Of a stretch of 64,000 bases of DNA, positions 21,840 through 30,158 are shown one piece after another. Under the pieces are notes generated by a model. That model saw only the letters and a program-made list of their open reading frames with translations. It did no database searches and was not told the origin of the DNA. A program made the position numbers and the translations under genes. How positions within the stretch are numbered: position 1 is the first letter of the stretch; each line of letters starts with the position of its first letter. This stretch comes from a virus (taxonomy: Duplodnaviria > Caudoviricetes), in the IMG/VR virus record IMGVR_UViG_3300033120_000868, positions 1 to 64,000 of that record; one strand, given 5' to 3'.

Positions 21840-22547
21840 TTAAAAAGGCAAATCATCGTGAGGAGCTTCTTTTACATTTGTTGCTGGCTGAAATGCTTCA
21901 GCAGGTGTAGCTATAGGAATCTTAGGAGCTTCTGTATTTACTTGTGACTGAGCTGTTTGTCCGTTTTGGAACTTAGCTTGAACCTCTTGTAACTTACCAT
22001 AGAAAAACTCTGTCTGTGGAGACCAATCCCAAGTTTTATCTCCCGCAACAATCTTTTCAATAGGAGCTGGAATTTCATTATAAGGAATAAATCCTGTTGA
22101 AGCTCCTTTACCATTATCTCCTAATCGGTTAACGTAATTAATATAAATATTTAAGTTTTTATACTCTTTTCCATTTTTACCTGTTGTTGTAGTTGTTTTA
22201 GTAGATAAAGTAACTTCTTCATTTAAATCCATTCCTACTAAAGCTGAAAGTAAAGCTCTTGCTTCATCTGTGTACCCCCCTTTAGTGTTTTTTAAAGGAA
22301 CTGAAACTTTATTAGAAACATCTCCATCTACTAAAGATAATTCCATAAATTTTAAAGTTTTTCCGTCGTATTGTACTTCTTTTACATCGAAGTATTTTGG
22401 CATACCTTTGATAGAATCGTGATACTGATGATAAGTTTTTTTACCTTCTGTTCCATAAGATACTTCTTCATATCCTTGTGTTGGTTGTTTTTCTTTAAGG
22501 TATAATTTACCTTTTCCTGAGCTAATGCTAAAATTGTTGTACGTCAT
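21840..22547 (-). CDS. ssb: putative single-stranded DNA-binding protein
   Basis: beta-rich core, Q/A/P-rich linker and C-terminal DDLPF tip. Confidence 0.7.
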   Translation of the reverse strand: MTYNNFSISSGKGKLYLKEKQPTQGYEEVSYGTEGKKTYHQYHDSIKGMPKYFDVKEVQYDGKTLKFMELSLVDGDVSNKVSVPLKNTKGGYTDEARALLSALVGMDLNEEVTLSTKTTTTTGKNGKEYKNLNIYINYVNRLGDNGKGASTGFIPYNEIPAPIEKIVAGDKTWDWSPQTEFFYGKLQEVQAKFQNGQTAQSQVNTEAPKIPIATPAEAFQPATNVKEAPHDDLPF

Positions 22548-22586
22548 AGTGTTTGTTTGTACTTGTTATTAATTAATTGTTTATTT

Positions 22587-22820
22587 TTAAATTTCTATTA
22601 CATTAAAAGGTACTTCCTCATAAGCATAAAATAAATCTTCGTAATTATCAGGATATTGTTCTGAATTTTGAAAATCAATTTCATATTGTTTAGATTCTCC
22701 GTTTTCACAAAAATCTAACATGCCTTGCTTTACCGCTTGATATTTATTTTCTGCCGTAACTTTAAATAATTTTAGGTCATTATCAAATAATGAAAGAATG
22801 CCTACTACGTAATTTTTCAT
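22587..22820 (-). CDS. hypothetical protein
   Basis: 77-aa ORF. Confidence 0.6.
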   Translation of the reverse strand: MKNYVVGILSLFDNDLKLFKVTAENKYQAVKQGMLDFCENGESKQYEIDFQNSEQYPDNYEDLFYAYEEVPFNVIEI

Positions 22821-22828
22821 AATTTTAT

Positions 22829-23311
22829 TTATTTTTTCGCGAAAAAGTTAGAAAAACGGAATTTTAATCTATCCCACCAACTCATAGTTAACATATAAAT
22901 CATAAAATTAATATGTTCAACTGTTTCTTCTACATGTACTGACATTCCATTTTTAAGAATAATAATAGAACCAATCTCTTGAGTATCTGTAACATCTATA
23001 ATATTTTTAAGAGGAACTAAATAATCTAAAAATTCATATTCAAGTTCTTCAGGAGCAAGATTCATGTAACCATTTTCGTCGATTTCTGAACTTGGACTAG
23101 TTTTGTAAAATTCATCTTCCTCTTGCGCAAACCAATCAGGTACTTTTTCATCTCCTAAAATAGTTTCCCAATCAGCTCTACTTCTTCCTTTTTCGTCGCG
23201 AAAAACAGATTGAGAAGAAGGTAAATTTTGCTTCTCTAAAGCTTCATCAATTCTTTTTTGACCTTCCTCAGAAGGAACTGTAACTACAGCGGTTAAATAT
23301 AGTCTCTTCAA
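22829..23311 (-). CDS. hypothetical protein
   Basis: 160-aa ORF downstream of the promoter at 23347. Confidence 0.7.
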   Translation of the reverse strand: MKRLYLTAVVTVPSEEGQKRIDEALEKQNLPSSQSVFRDEKGRSRADWETILGDEKVPDWFAQEEDEFYKTSPSSEIDENGYMNLAPEELEYEFLDYLVPLKNIIDVTDTQEIGSIIILKNGMSVHVEETVEHINFMIYMLTMSWWDRLKFRFSNFFAKK

Positions 23312-23394
23312 AATTTATTAATATTTTATTGTTTTTAATTATAATGCAAATATACTGCTTTTATTTGAATTGTGCAAGTATTTAAGATAATTTT

Positions 23395-23532
23395 AACGTT
23401 TTGTGGCTTTGCTTAGTGGCGAGGAATAAGCACTGCCGTTAATAAATTTTTACTGTTTTTAGTTTCTCGCCGAAACTTTTCTGATAAATCCTGAACTTCG
23501 CCATTGAGCAAAACCGCTGTTGTACCTTCGTT
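23395..23532 (-). mobile_element. attC-like site A
   Basis: minus strand: AGGTACAAC-AGC-GGTTTTGCTCAATGGCGA ... TCGCCACTAAGCAAAGCC-ACAAAAC-GTT. Confidence 0.8.
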
Positions 23533-23597
23533 GTTTTTTCACGCTTCCGCTTTTCAAATTTAGTTTATTTTTTGTAAGTTTGGTAAAAATTTTACTT

Positions 23598-23966
23598 ATG
23601 AAATTTTACACACAAGAAGAGTTTAATACTATAGACAATAACGCTAAAAATTCTTTCAAAGCAGAAAGTAACAAACAATTAAAGCTATTTTCGGATTTTA
23701 TAAAAAATCTTGAAACAGAATCAATAGAACCATTAGAAAAAGTTAACAACGCTTTTTTGGAAAAAGAAAAAATAGAATATGATTTAAAAGATTTTATTTA
23801 TATTAATTATCCAAAAACAGAAGAAGTTTTTATAAATGGTTTTGTTTATTACACAGTAGAAACTGTAATCTTCTTTAATCTTATGGTCGACTCTTTTGGC
23901 GAAACTCGTAAAGAACTTGAACGTCTGTATCAAGGCTTTTTTGAGAAAAATTTTCCGCAAGAATAA
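23598..23966 (+). CDS. cassette A plus-strand hypothetical protein
   Basis: TAAGTTTG promoter element at 23575, then AAAATTTTACTT-ATG. Confidence 0.65.
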   Translation: MKFYTQEEFNTIDNNAKNSFKAESNKQLKLFSDFIKNLETESIEPLEKVNNAFLEKEKIEYDLKDFIYINYPKTEEVFINGFVYYTVETVIFFNLMVDSFGETRKELERLYQGFFEKNFPQE

Positions 23967-24108
23967 GTTCCATAAGTTTTGCTTCTTTCAACATAGTTTC
24001 TAAAAATTGTACATTTCCAAGTGGTTCTTTTACTTTGTCTTTAACTTTTGTATACAAAGCTGTTAAGTAATTCCAATTCATTAAGTCTGACTGTTCTTTG
24101 TCTGTCAT
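23881..24108 (-). CDS. cassette A minus-strand hypothetical protein
   Basis: 75-aa ORF starting just after the crossover of site B. Confidence 0.55.
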   Translation of the reverse strand: MTDKEQSDLMNWNYLTALYTKVKDKVKEPLGNVQFLETMLKEAKLMELILAENFSQKSLDTDVQVLYEFRQKSRP

Positions 24109-24140
24109 TTTTTACGTCGTTTTTTACAACGTTATACTAC

Positions 24141-24290
24141 AATGAGGTACAACGTTTTGTGGCTTGTAAAAGTTGCGTGCAAGTACAAACCGTTATTTTT
24201 AATTTTTTCTCTGCCGAATCCACGCAAGAAACGGACTTTCAATTTAGCCTTTAACAGCAATTTTTACAAACCGCTGTTAGCAGTAGTATT
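24141..24290 (-). mobile_element. attC-like site B
   Basis: minus strand: AATACTACTGCTAAC-AGC-GGTTTGTAAAAATTGC ... GCAACTTTTACAAGCC-ACAAAAC-GTTGTACCTCATT. Confidence 0.82.
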
Positions 24291-24339
24291 TTTGTAAAGT
24301 TAAATATTTTCTACTATCTTTGGTCAAAATTTTTTACTT

Positions 24340-24624
24340 ATGTCTGAAGATAACTTCTTTTCTAATATAATTATACCTGATTTAACTGAAATAACATTAA
24401 GAGATTTTAAAAAAGTTTTAACTCTTATTGACACGTCTTTAATTCTGTATAAAAAAGATGATTTAAGTATGACTAAACAAGAAAAAATAGATTCTTATAA
24501 AGCATATTGTAGAAAATACTTAGAAAAAGAATTTGAAAATTTAGTTTACGATGATAAAGTAATATTGGATAAGTTTTTCAATATGCACGGAACTAAAGCT
24601 ATTCAGGAACATTTAGAAGATTGA
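24340..24624 (+). CDS. cassette B plus-strand hypothetical protein
   Basis: TTTG-N20-TATCTTTG promoter (24291-24322), then AAAATTTTTTACTT-ATG. Confidence 0.65.
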   Translation: MSEDNFFSNIIIPDLTEITLRDFKKVLTLIDTSLILYKKDDLSMTKQEKIDSYKAYCRKYLEKEFENLVYDDKVILDKFFNMHGTKAIQEHLED

Positions 24625-24907
24625 GAAATCTGCTTTTTATATCTCTACCTAAATCTCTTGTCTTAACAGTTAATACAGGAGAAAGCATTTCTCGTATGTT
24701 TTTTTCATTCCCTTCTGCAATATATTGTCTTGCAAAATTAATGTAACTTTCGTCTTTTAAAAGATTGCTATAATTATCATATTCAAATCTTAAATAATTA
24801 GAAATATATTCTAACAACTCTTCTGTTTTTTCTTTTGATTCTTCTGAAAGAGTATGGACTTCACTATTAAATTCATCTAATAGTATTTTTAGATTCTCTG
24901 ATACCAT
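24599..24907 (-). CDS. cassette B minus-strand hypothetical protein
   Basis: 102-aa ORF starting just after the crossover of site C. Confidence 0.65.
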   Translation of the reverse strand: MVSENLKILLDEFNSEVHTLSEESKEKTEELLEYISNYLRFEYDNYSNLLKDESYINFARQYIAEGNEKNIREMLSPVLTVKTRDLGRDIKSRFLNLLNVPE

Positions 24908-24934
24908 AATATTTTTCAGCAGTTTAACGTCTTT

Positions 24935-25074
24935 AATATTACTGCTAACGTTTAGCTTGTAGCAGGTGTTAATATATTTACTGCCTTCAGCTTATTAATA
25001 ATTAATTTAGTTTTTCTTGTAGCTTCCAAACTCTCCCAAGCCTAACACTTGCTATAAATAAGTGTTATAATTTT
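24935..25074 (-). mobile_element. attC-like site C (promoter-proximal)
   Basis: minus strand: AAAATTATAAC-ACTTATTTATAGCAAGTGTTA ... TAACACCTGCTACAAGCTAAAC-GTTAGCAGTAATATT; TACATTTG promoter at 25081-25088. Confidence 0.75.
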
Positions 25075-25127
25075 ATTTTACAAATGTACGAATAATATTT
25101 TAATCATGCAACTTTATTAAGATTTAT

Positions 25128-26096
25128 TTAACTTTTTAATTGGTAGTTTATCATCATCATATTATCCGAGATAGCTTCTAAATGTCCAAATTGTCTTCCA
25201 TCATCTTCATATCTTCCTTCTAATACTTCCAATAAATGTCTTAATGTTGCCTGTTTTAAGTCTTCAATACCTTTAGGAGTCATAGGTTTTTTCCAATTCC
25301 ATAGGTCATACTTACTAACTTTTTTATTAGAAGCCATTCGTTCAGCCATTTGAGTAATAAATCCCCAATCTAACTCATAAAATAATTTTCCTGCTGTCTC
25401 TTTATAAGCTGTTTGTGTTTCTTTTGCATCAATTTTAATTAAATTAGAATCGCTATCAAAGTAAAGGTTTTCTCCTGATTCACTTACTACAGATGCTTGA
25501 AAATGTTCTATGATATCCTTTTCTCCTCTGTTGCTGTTTGTAATTACGTCGTCTTTATATTGTTCTAATTTATTAATGTATTTTTGTAATCCATTATGTG
25601 TTGATGATGGTCTGTTTATTCCTTCTAAATCTCCTGCAATTTCTTTATGTGTTTCTCCTGATTTACTTTTGTGTCGAGTAGAAGTGTAAGTATCTGTTAA
25701 TTTTAACTCTTTTTTACAACTTCCATCGCAAAAACATTGAGTAGAACATTTACCTAACATCTCATCTAAGAAGAAAGGAGTTACTGTTCTTGAATAAGGT
25801 TGAGTTATGTTTTTTAAAGTTTTTTCTACTTTACAACTACCATCACAAAAACATTGTGGAGAACATCTATTTCTTTTTCCTGCTTCTGCAAAAGATTCTG
25901 TAATTCTTTGTTTTTTATTTTCCGCGAAAAAAGAATTAAGAACAGATTTTTCGTTCACCAACAAATCAACCAAAGGAAATATAATCTCATTATTAGGGAC
26001 AGTATTTCTCTTTAATTCTTCAATATGTTTTGCTAATTGTTCTTCTGAATCAATTCTGTACTTTTTTAAGTAATCTTTAATTTGTTCGTGTGTCAT
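25128..26096 (-). CDS. dATP/dGTP diphosphohydrolase-like (DUF5664-like) domain fused to two CxxxCxCDGSC repeats
   Basis: C-terminal K..YEL.W......RM..NK..KY..WNWKK....A.LRHL......D....HL..I..N.M pattern. Confidence 0.7.
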   Translation of the reverse strand: MTHEQIKDYLKKYRIDSEEQLAKHIEELKRNTVPNNEIIFPLVDLLVNEKSVLNSFFAENKKQRITESFAEAGKRNRCSPQCFCDGSCKVEKTLKNITQPYSRTVTPFFLDEMLGKCSTQCFCDGSCKKELKLTDTYTSTRHKSKSGETHKEIAGDLEGINRPSSTHNGLQKYINKLEQYKDDVITNSNRGEKDIIEHFQASVVSESGENLYFDSDSNLIKIDAKETQTAYKETAGKLFYELDWGFITQMAERMASNKKVSKYDLWNWKKPMTPKGIEDLKQATLRHLLEVLEGRYEDDGRQFGHLEAISDNMMMINYQLKS

Positions 26097-26137
26097 AATT
26101 TTATTTTATTTATTTTGCGCAAAAAAGATAAAGAAAC

Positions 26138-26315
26138 AGAGAGGATATTACACAGCAAGTTTTTCACAGCTCTATCGGATACTATTACTTTCCTCACTTC
26201 CTGACACCTCTCAACTCACCGATGACTGAGTTTGTTTCTTTAATGAATTAGATAAAGCGTTTACCTCACTATATAAAAACAAGATTCAGTAAACATATTT
26301 ATAATCTCCTTTTCT
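26138..26315 (-). ncRNA. candidate structured ncRNA (~180 nt)
   Basis: own promoter at 26328; terminal pairing AGGAGATTATA/TGTAATATCCT; internal hairpins and a loop ATCGG/CCGAT pseudoknot; no ORF. Confidence 0.45.
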
Positions 26316-26369
26316 AATTTTCTTTTGCAAATATACAACAAATATTTTAATTGTACAAATTTATTTTAA

Positions 26370-27134
26370 TTAAAGTTCAATATAGTTAAATCTACTTTTA
26401 TCTAATTCAAAAAACTTACCTTGTCTTTTTAATATTTTTAAATAATTATCTGTTATATCATTAATTATTTTTCTACGCATTTGATGAACTCTATCATCTA
26501 ATATAGCAATACCAACACCTTCAACTCCACTCATACTCTCTAAAAAGTCGTTTAACCCTGATTTCATACCTAAATCACTTTGAATTGCATCAGCATTCAC
26601 AAATAATTTAGAAGACTCAGGTAAACGAGTAACATAACTAATAGCTTCATGTGCTGTCATATTTTGAGCCTCGCTTAAAATAATTACTGAATGCTCAGGA
26701 AAAGTATTACCGCGTTGAAAACCTATATGTTCAAAAGTAACTTTAGATTTAATAGTATTTGCGTGTTCTTTACCTACTATTTTATCTATAGCATCATAAA
26801 AACTTTTAAGATAAGGGTCAAATTTTTCATCTAATCCAGGTAGAAATCCAACAGACTTACCTAATTCAACTATTGGCTTAGTAATAACAATCCTTTCAAA
26901 TTCTTTATTTTTAATACCATCAATAGCTCTAAACATTTGAACAAAATCTTTTGAACATCCTGCTTTAGCTAAAACTATAGAAATATCATAAGACCTTAAA
27001 AAATTAGCAACAGGTTTTTGGTGAGGTTTTAGTTCTACTGCCTCTTTTGTTGTTCTACTAGCTGTTAATCCGTGTTCTGCAATTTTTGATTGTTTCTTAA
27101 CTTCTCTTTTTGGTGGTGATTTCTTTTGTGTCAT
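26370..27134 (-). CDS. phoH: PhoH-like protein
   Basis: RIVITKPIVE...GFLPG..EKFDPY, RG.TF, EAQN.T and TR......D..QSDL motifs. Confidence 0.92.
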   Translation of the reverse strand: MTQKKSPPKREVKKQSKIAEHGLTASRTTKEAVELKPHQKPVANFLRSYDISIVLAKAGCSKDFVQMFRAIDGIKNKEFERIVITKPIVELGKSVGFLPGLDEKFDPYLKSFYDAIDKIVGKEHANTIKSKVTFEHIGFQRGNTFPEHSVIILSEAQNMTAHEAISYVTRLPESSKLFVNADAIQSDLGMKSGLNDFLESMSGVEGVGIAILDDRVHQMRRKIINDITDNYLKILKRQGKFFELDKSRFNYIEL

Positions 27135-27140
27135 AAATTT

Positions 27141-27563
27141 TTAGCTGTTCGGTTTTAAGTGCTTACTATAAATTGTAGCTTTTACCCAATAATTAAGGCA
27201 GTTTGGGTCTGTTAAAGCTCCATTTAAAATTTCTTTTGTTTCTTTATAAGTTGTTTCGGCGCGAGAAAAAGTAAAAAACAGGATTTCTTTTTTATATTTT
27301 ATCCCTTCTTTTATAAGCTTCTTCAGTTCAATAGAACTTGATATATAACTTTGCCAAGGATAAACTCCTCTTGGTTTTCCTTTATTCTTACCACTTGTGT
27401 AATTAGGCTTATACATGTACTTTTTACCGACGTAATACCTGCCATCTTCAAGTGTTATTTTATAAATAAATGCAAAAGAATTTTCAGGAGTTTGTTCTAT
27501 TTTATTTATAGTTTGTCCTTTATAAGTCCACTCTACCTTTTCGTTAGTCTTCTTTGGTGGCAT
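27141..27563 (-). CDS. GIY-YIG family endonuclease
   Basis: FIYKIT...YYVGKK ... W..Y.SSS ... KEIL ... E. Confidence 0.8.
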   Translation of the reverse strand: MPPKKTNEKVEWTYKGQTINKIEQTPENSFAFIYKITLEDGRYYVGKKYMYKPNYTSGKNKGKPRGVYPWQSYISSSIELKKLIKEGIKYKKEILFFTFSRAETTYKETKEILNGALTDPNCLNYWVKATIYSKHLKPNS

Positions 27564-27572
27564 AATCTCTAT

Positions 27573-27869
27573 TTAACATAACACTATTTTTTGATTTTTA
27601 ATTCTTCTTATTAACTTTTTTCGCGCGAAATAAAAACTTAAACCGAGAAAAGAAGTTCTATCAAACAATGTAAACTCTTTAATACCGCAATCAGTTTCTG
27701 CAATAAGTAACTCGTGAAAGTCTCCTGCTAATCCGTTAAATGTTCTAAATGTTATTTCCATATTTTTAAAATTAAATTCCCTAACTGCTTCACTACACAA
27801 TCCTAATATATTACTATTAGATTTACTCGTGTTTCGGGTCTTGGAAAGAAGTTCCTTCCTCAGGCTCAC
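27573..27869 (-). CDS. hypothetical protein (start uncertain)
   Basis: GTG-start ORF; true start may be further downstream. Confidence 0.4.
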   Translation of the reverse strand: MSLRKELLSKTRNTSKSNSNILGLCSEAVREFNFKNMEITFRTFNGLAGDFHELLIAETDCGIKEFTLFDRTSFLGLSFYFARKKLIRRIKNQKIVLC

Positions 27870-27910
27870 AGGTTTGGAATTTAGCTACTACAGAGCCTTG
27901 TTCGCTGTTT

Positions 27911-28912
27911 TTAGAATTTCTCTTTACATAAAGTTACAATCTCTAAACATAACTCAGGATTATCTCTTAGTAAGTCTGTAACTGTGTCTATACCTTGTCC
28001 TAATTTTGTAGTGTCATAAGAATACCAACTTCCTGCTACTTTAATGACTCCTAAATCAATAGCATTATTTACAATATCTCTTTCTATATCAAACCCCATT
28101 TTATTATCATAAGGTAAACTAAATTTTACACCTCTGTTTCCTGATAATTTATCTTTTTTAATTTCAACTCTAACATCTTGACCTATAATTTTTTTATCTT
28201 TATCAAAAATATTACCTCTTGTTAAATTTAACATCTGACTTGAAAAGTCTAAAATTGCTCTTCCTCCTGGTGCTTTTAAAGGTTCGTATACGGCATCTTT
28301 ACCAATATTGTCATACAAATGGTTTGTAACAATTAAAGCAGCTTTTGATTTATAAATTTTACCCATAGAACGGCGGAAAAACTTTTTATATGCTCTTGCT
28401 TGAGCTCCCATTTGTTGTTCTTCCATAGTAGATTGATACTCTGCTTTTGGAGCTAATGAGTCAAAACCATCAAAAATAACAATATCGCAAACATTGCAAA
28501 GGTCTTCTACCATTTCTGCTCCTTCTTCTAGATAAGTAGGTTGTAAAATATGAATACGTTCTTTCTCTATTCCAAAGTATTTATCAATCCATAAATAAGA
28601 AGAATCTGTCCAATTAAATTCATTATCACAAAATCCAATAACTTTATCTTCGTTTACACCTGCAATAGCTAAAGCTAAAGAAGTCTTACCACAAGAAGCA
28701 AAAGCATTATATGTAGTTATTTTTCCATAAGCAGGTGCTCCACCTAAATACCTATCTAGAGACAACAATGGACTTTTTAGCCTCTCTACTGTTGTGTCAA
28801 TATCCTCTAATGATTTTGGAGCTTCAAAAATTTGTTCTGTTTTTTTGTATTTAGCATACATCTTATCAATTGCTGATAATTCTCCGTCTTCTGTTTTTTC
28901 TTTTTTTGCCAT
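27911..28912 (-). CDS. recA: RecA/UvsX-like recombinase
   Basis: SLD..LGG...GKI, ASCGKTS Walker A, MG.QAR, PGGRA..FSS and GSWYSY...KLGQG. Confidence 0.95.
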   Translation of the reverse strand: MAKKEKTEDGELSAIDKMYAKYKKTEQIFEAPKSLEDIDTTVERLKSPLLSLDRYLGGAPAYGKITTYNAFASCGKTSLALAIAGVNEDKVIGFCDNEFNWTDSSYLWIDKYFGIEKERIHILQPTYLEEGAEMVEDLCNVCDIVIFDGFDSLAPKAEYQSTMEEQQMGAQARAYKKFFRRSMGKIYKSKAALIVTNHLYDNIGKDAVYEPLKAPGGRAILDFSSQMLNLTRGNIFDKDKKIIGQDVRVEIKKDKLSGNRGVKFSLPYDNKMGFDIERDIVNNAIDLGVIKVAGSWYSYDTTKLGQGIDTVTDLLRDNPELCLEIVTLCKEKF

Positions 28913-28918
28913 TTATTA

Positions 28919-29329
28919 CTATTTATCTTTTATTATATTTAAACGTGAGCTAATTGAATTAAGAATTTGTTGAACTGACATTAATACTATTTCTGCCCTT
29001 TTTTTCTTTCTTAATGATTCTTTACAATTGTCTACCTCTTCATTACATTCTATTCTTGCTCTATTAGCTGCCTCTGCAATCGTCATTGACTTTCCATCAT
29101 CATCTTTTTGAGTTCTCCAAAACTGTTCTCTTTCCGCCATTTTGGATTTTCTTACATGCTCATTTCTATCATAGTCAGAAATATATTCTGAAAAACTGTC
29201 AGATAAAAAAAACAAATTTAAACTTATCTTTTCTCTTAAAGCTTGAAGTTTTTCTAAATCATAACTTTCTCTATTTTCAGAATAATCCTCAATAAGGTGA
29301 TTTAATATTGCCCAAGAATCTTTACTCAT
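28919..29329 (-). CDS. helical protein, possible UvsY-like recombination mediator
   Basis: 136 aa, coiled-coil, directly upstream of recA; inferred from size and position. Confidence 0.4.
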   Translation of the reverse strand: MSKDSWAILNHLIEDYSENRESYDLEKLQALREKISLNLFFLSDSFSEYISDYDRNEHVRKSKMAEREQFWRTQKDDDGKSMTIAEAANRARIECNEEVDNCKESLRKKKRAEIVLMSVQQILNSISSRLNIIKDK

Positions 29330-29753
29330 TATTTCTAAACTTATTTATTACTTCTATATAATCGTCTTTGTAAAATATTTTTATTTCTTTACTTCTCTCT
29401 TTTAAATCTTTAACTATTTGTTTCCCAAGATACTGCTCATAGTCAAAATGATGTAAAGATTTATAACCTTCTTTAGGAACTTGTGCGTCCCACTCATTAG
29501 ATTGTTTACTTACTAAATGACAGTTAGTTAAATCATAACGCGTATTCATTACTCCTCTATCTATATAATGAGCTACTTGCATATTTTCTTTTGGGTAATT
29601 TTTATTTTTTAGCGGGCAAAAAATATAATTAACATCACCTTCTCTTCTTAAAAGATATTGTCTTAATTCATAGTCTGCTATCTTCTTTAAATCTGAATTA
29701 GATAAACTTTCTAAATCTTCAGTGTTTAAATCTAACTTTTTATATTTTTTCAT
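29322..29753 (-). CDS. NinG/Rap-like HNH nuclease
   Basis: AD..L.QYL..R.G....C......MQVAHYI.R....TRYD..NCH....SN; several Zn cysteines lost. Confidence 0.75.
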   Translation of the reverse strand: MKKYKKLDLNTEDLESLSNSDLKKIADYELRQYLLRREGDVNYIFCPLKNKNYPKENMQVAHYIDRGVMNTRYDLTNCHLVSKQSNEWDAQVPKEGYKSLHHFDYEQYLGKQIVKDLKERSKEIKIFYKDDYIEVINKFRNNE

Positions 29754-29815
29754 ATAGCAAAGGTAATGTTTTATTTTTAAATTTACAAAGTGTTTAACTT
29801 TATTTTAACTGTTTT

Positions 29816-30154
29816 TTATTCTTTTTCGCTCGAAAATAAAGATAAAACATCTTCTAATTTAATATACTTACCGTCTTTATTTTTAACCATACATGGATTA
29901 TCATGTAATGAGTAGTTGTTATATCTAGGTAAATCTTCAATAGAAAACTTTAATCCTAATTTAACATTATTAACCACCTCTTCAACAGTTTGTTTAGAAG
30001 CGTGTTCTTTAATAAACTCTTGTACTGTTTGTGGCGGAAGAGTTGTATCAAAAACTACAATTGTACCATTTGAAGGTTTACTCATTCCACATCTATCACA
30101 ATGTCCTGTAAAACTATTTGTGCCTGAATTTAGGCAAGTACATTTAAAATCCAT
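29816..30154 (-). CDS. hypothetical protein with N-terminal Zn finger
   Basis: CTC...CDRCG. Confidence 0.6.
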   Translation of the reverse strand: MDFKCTCLNSGTNSFTGHCDRCGMSKPSNGTIVVFDTTLPPQTVQEFIKEHASKQTVEEVVNNVKLGLKFSIEDLPRYNNYSLHDNPCMVKNKDGKYIKLEDVLSLFSSEKE

Positions 30155-30158
30155 ATTT

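Noticed and set aside
26185-26200. GAGGAAAGT resembling the RNase P RNA conserved region
   Set aside because: The following CC and the 3' P4 partner are missing and the RNA is too short; kept only as an unknown ncRNA.
27825-27905. Hammerhead-like words CTGAGGA...GAAAC downstream of recA (minus strand)
   Set aside because: Stem II closure and stem III/UH pairing cannot be formed; only an AGGCTC/GAGCCT hairpin is supported.
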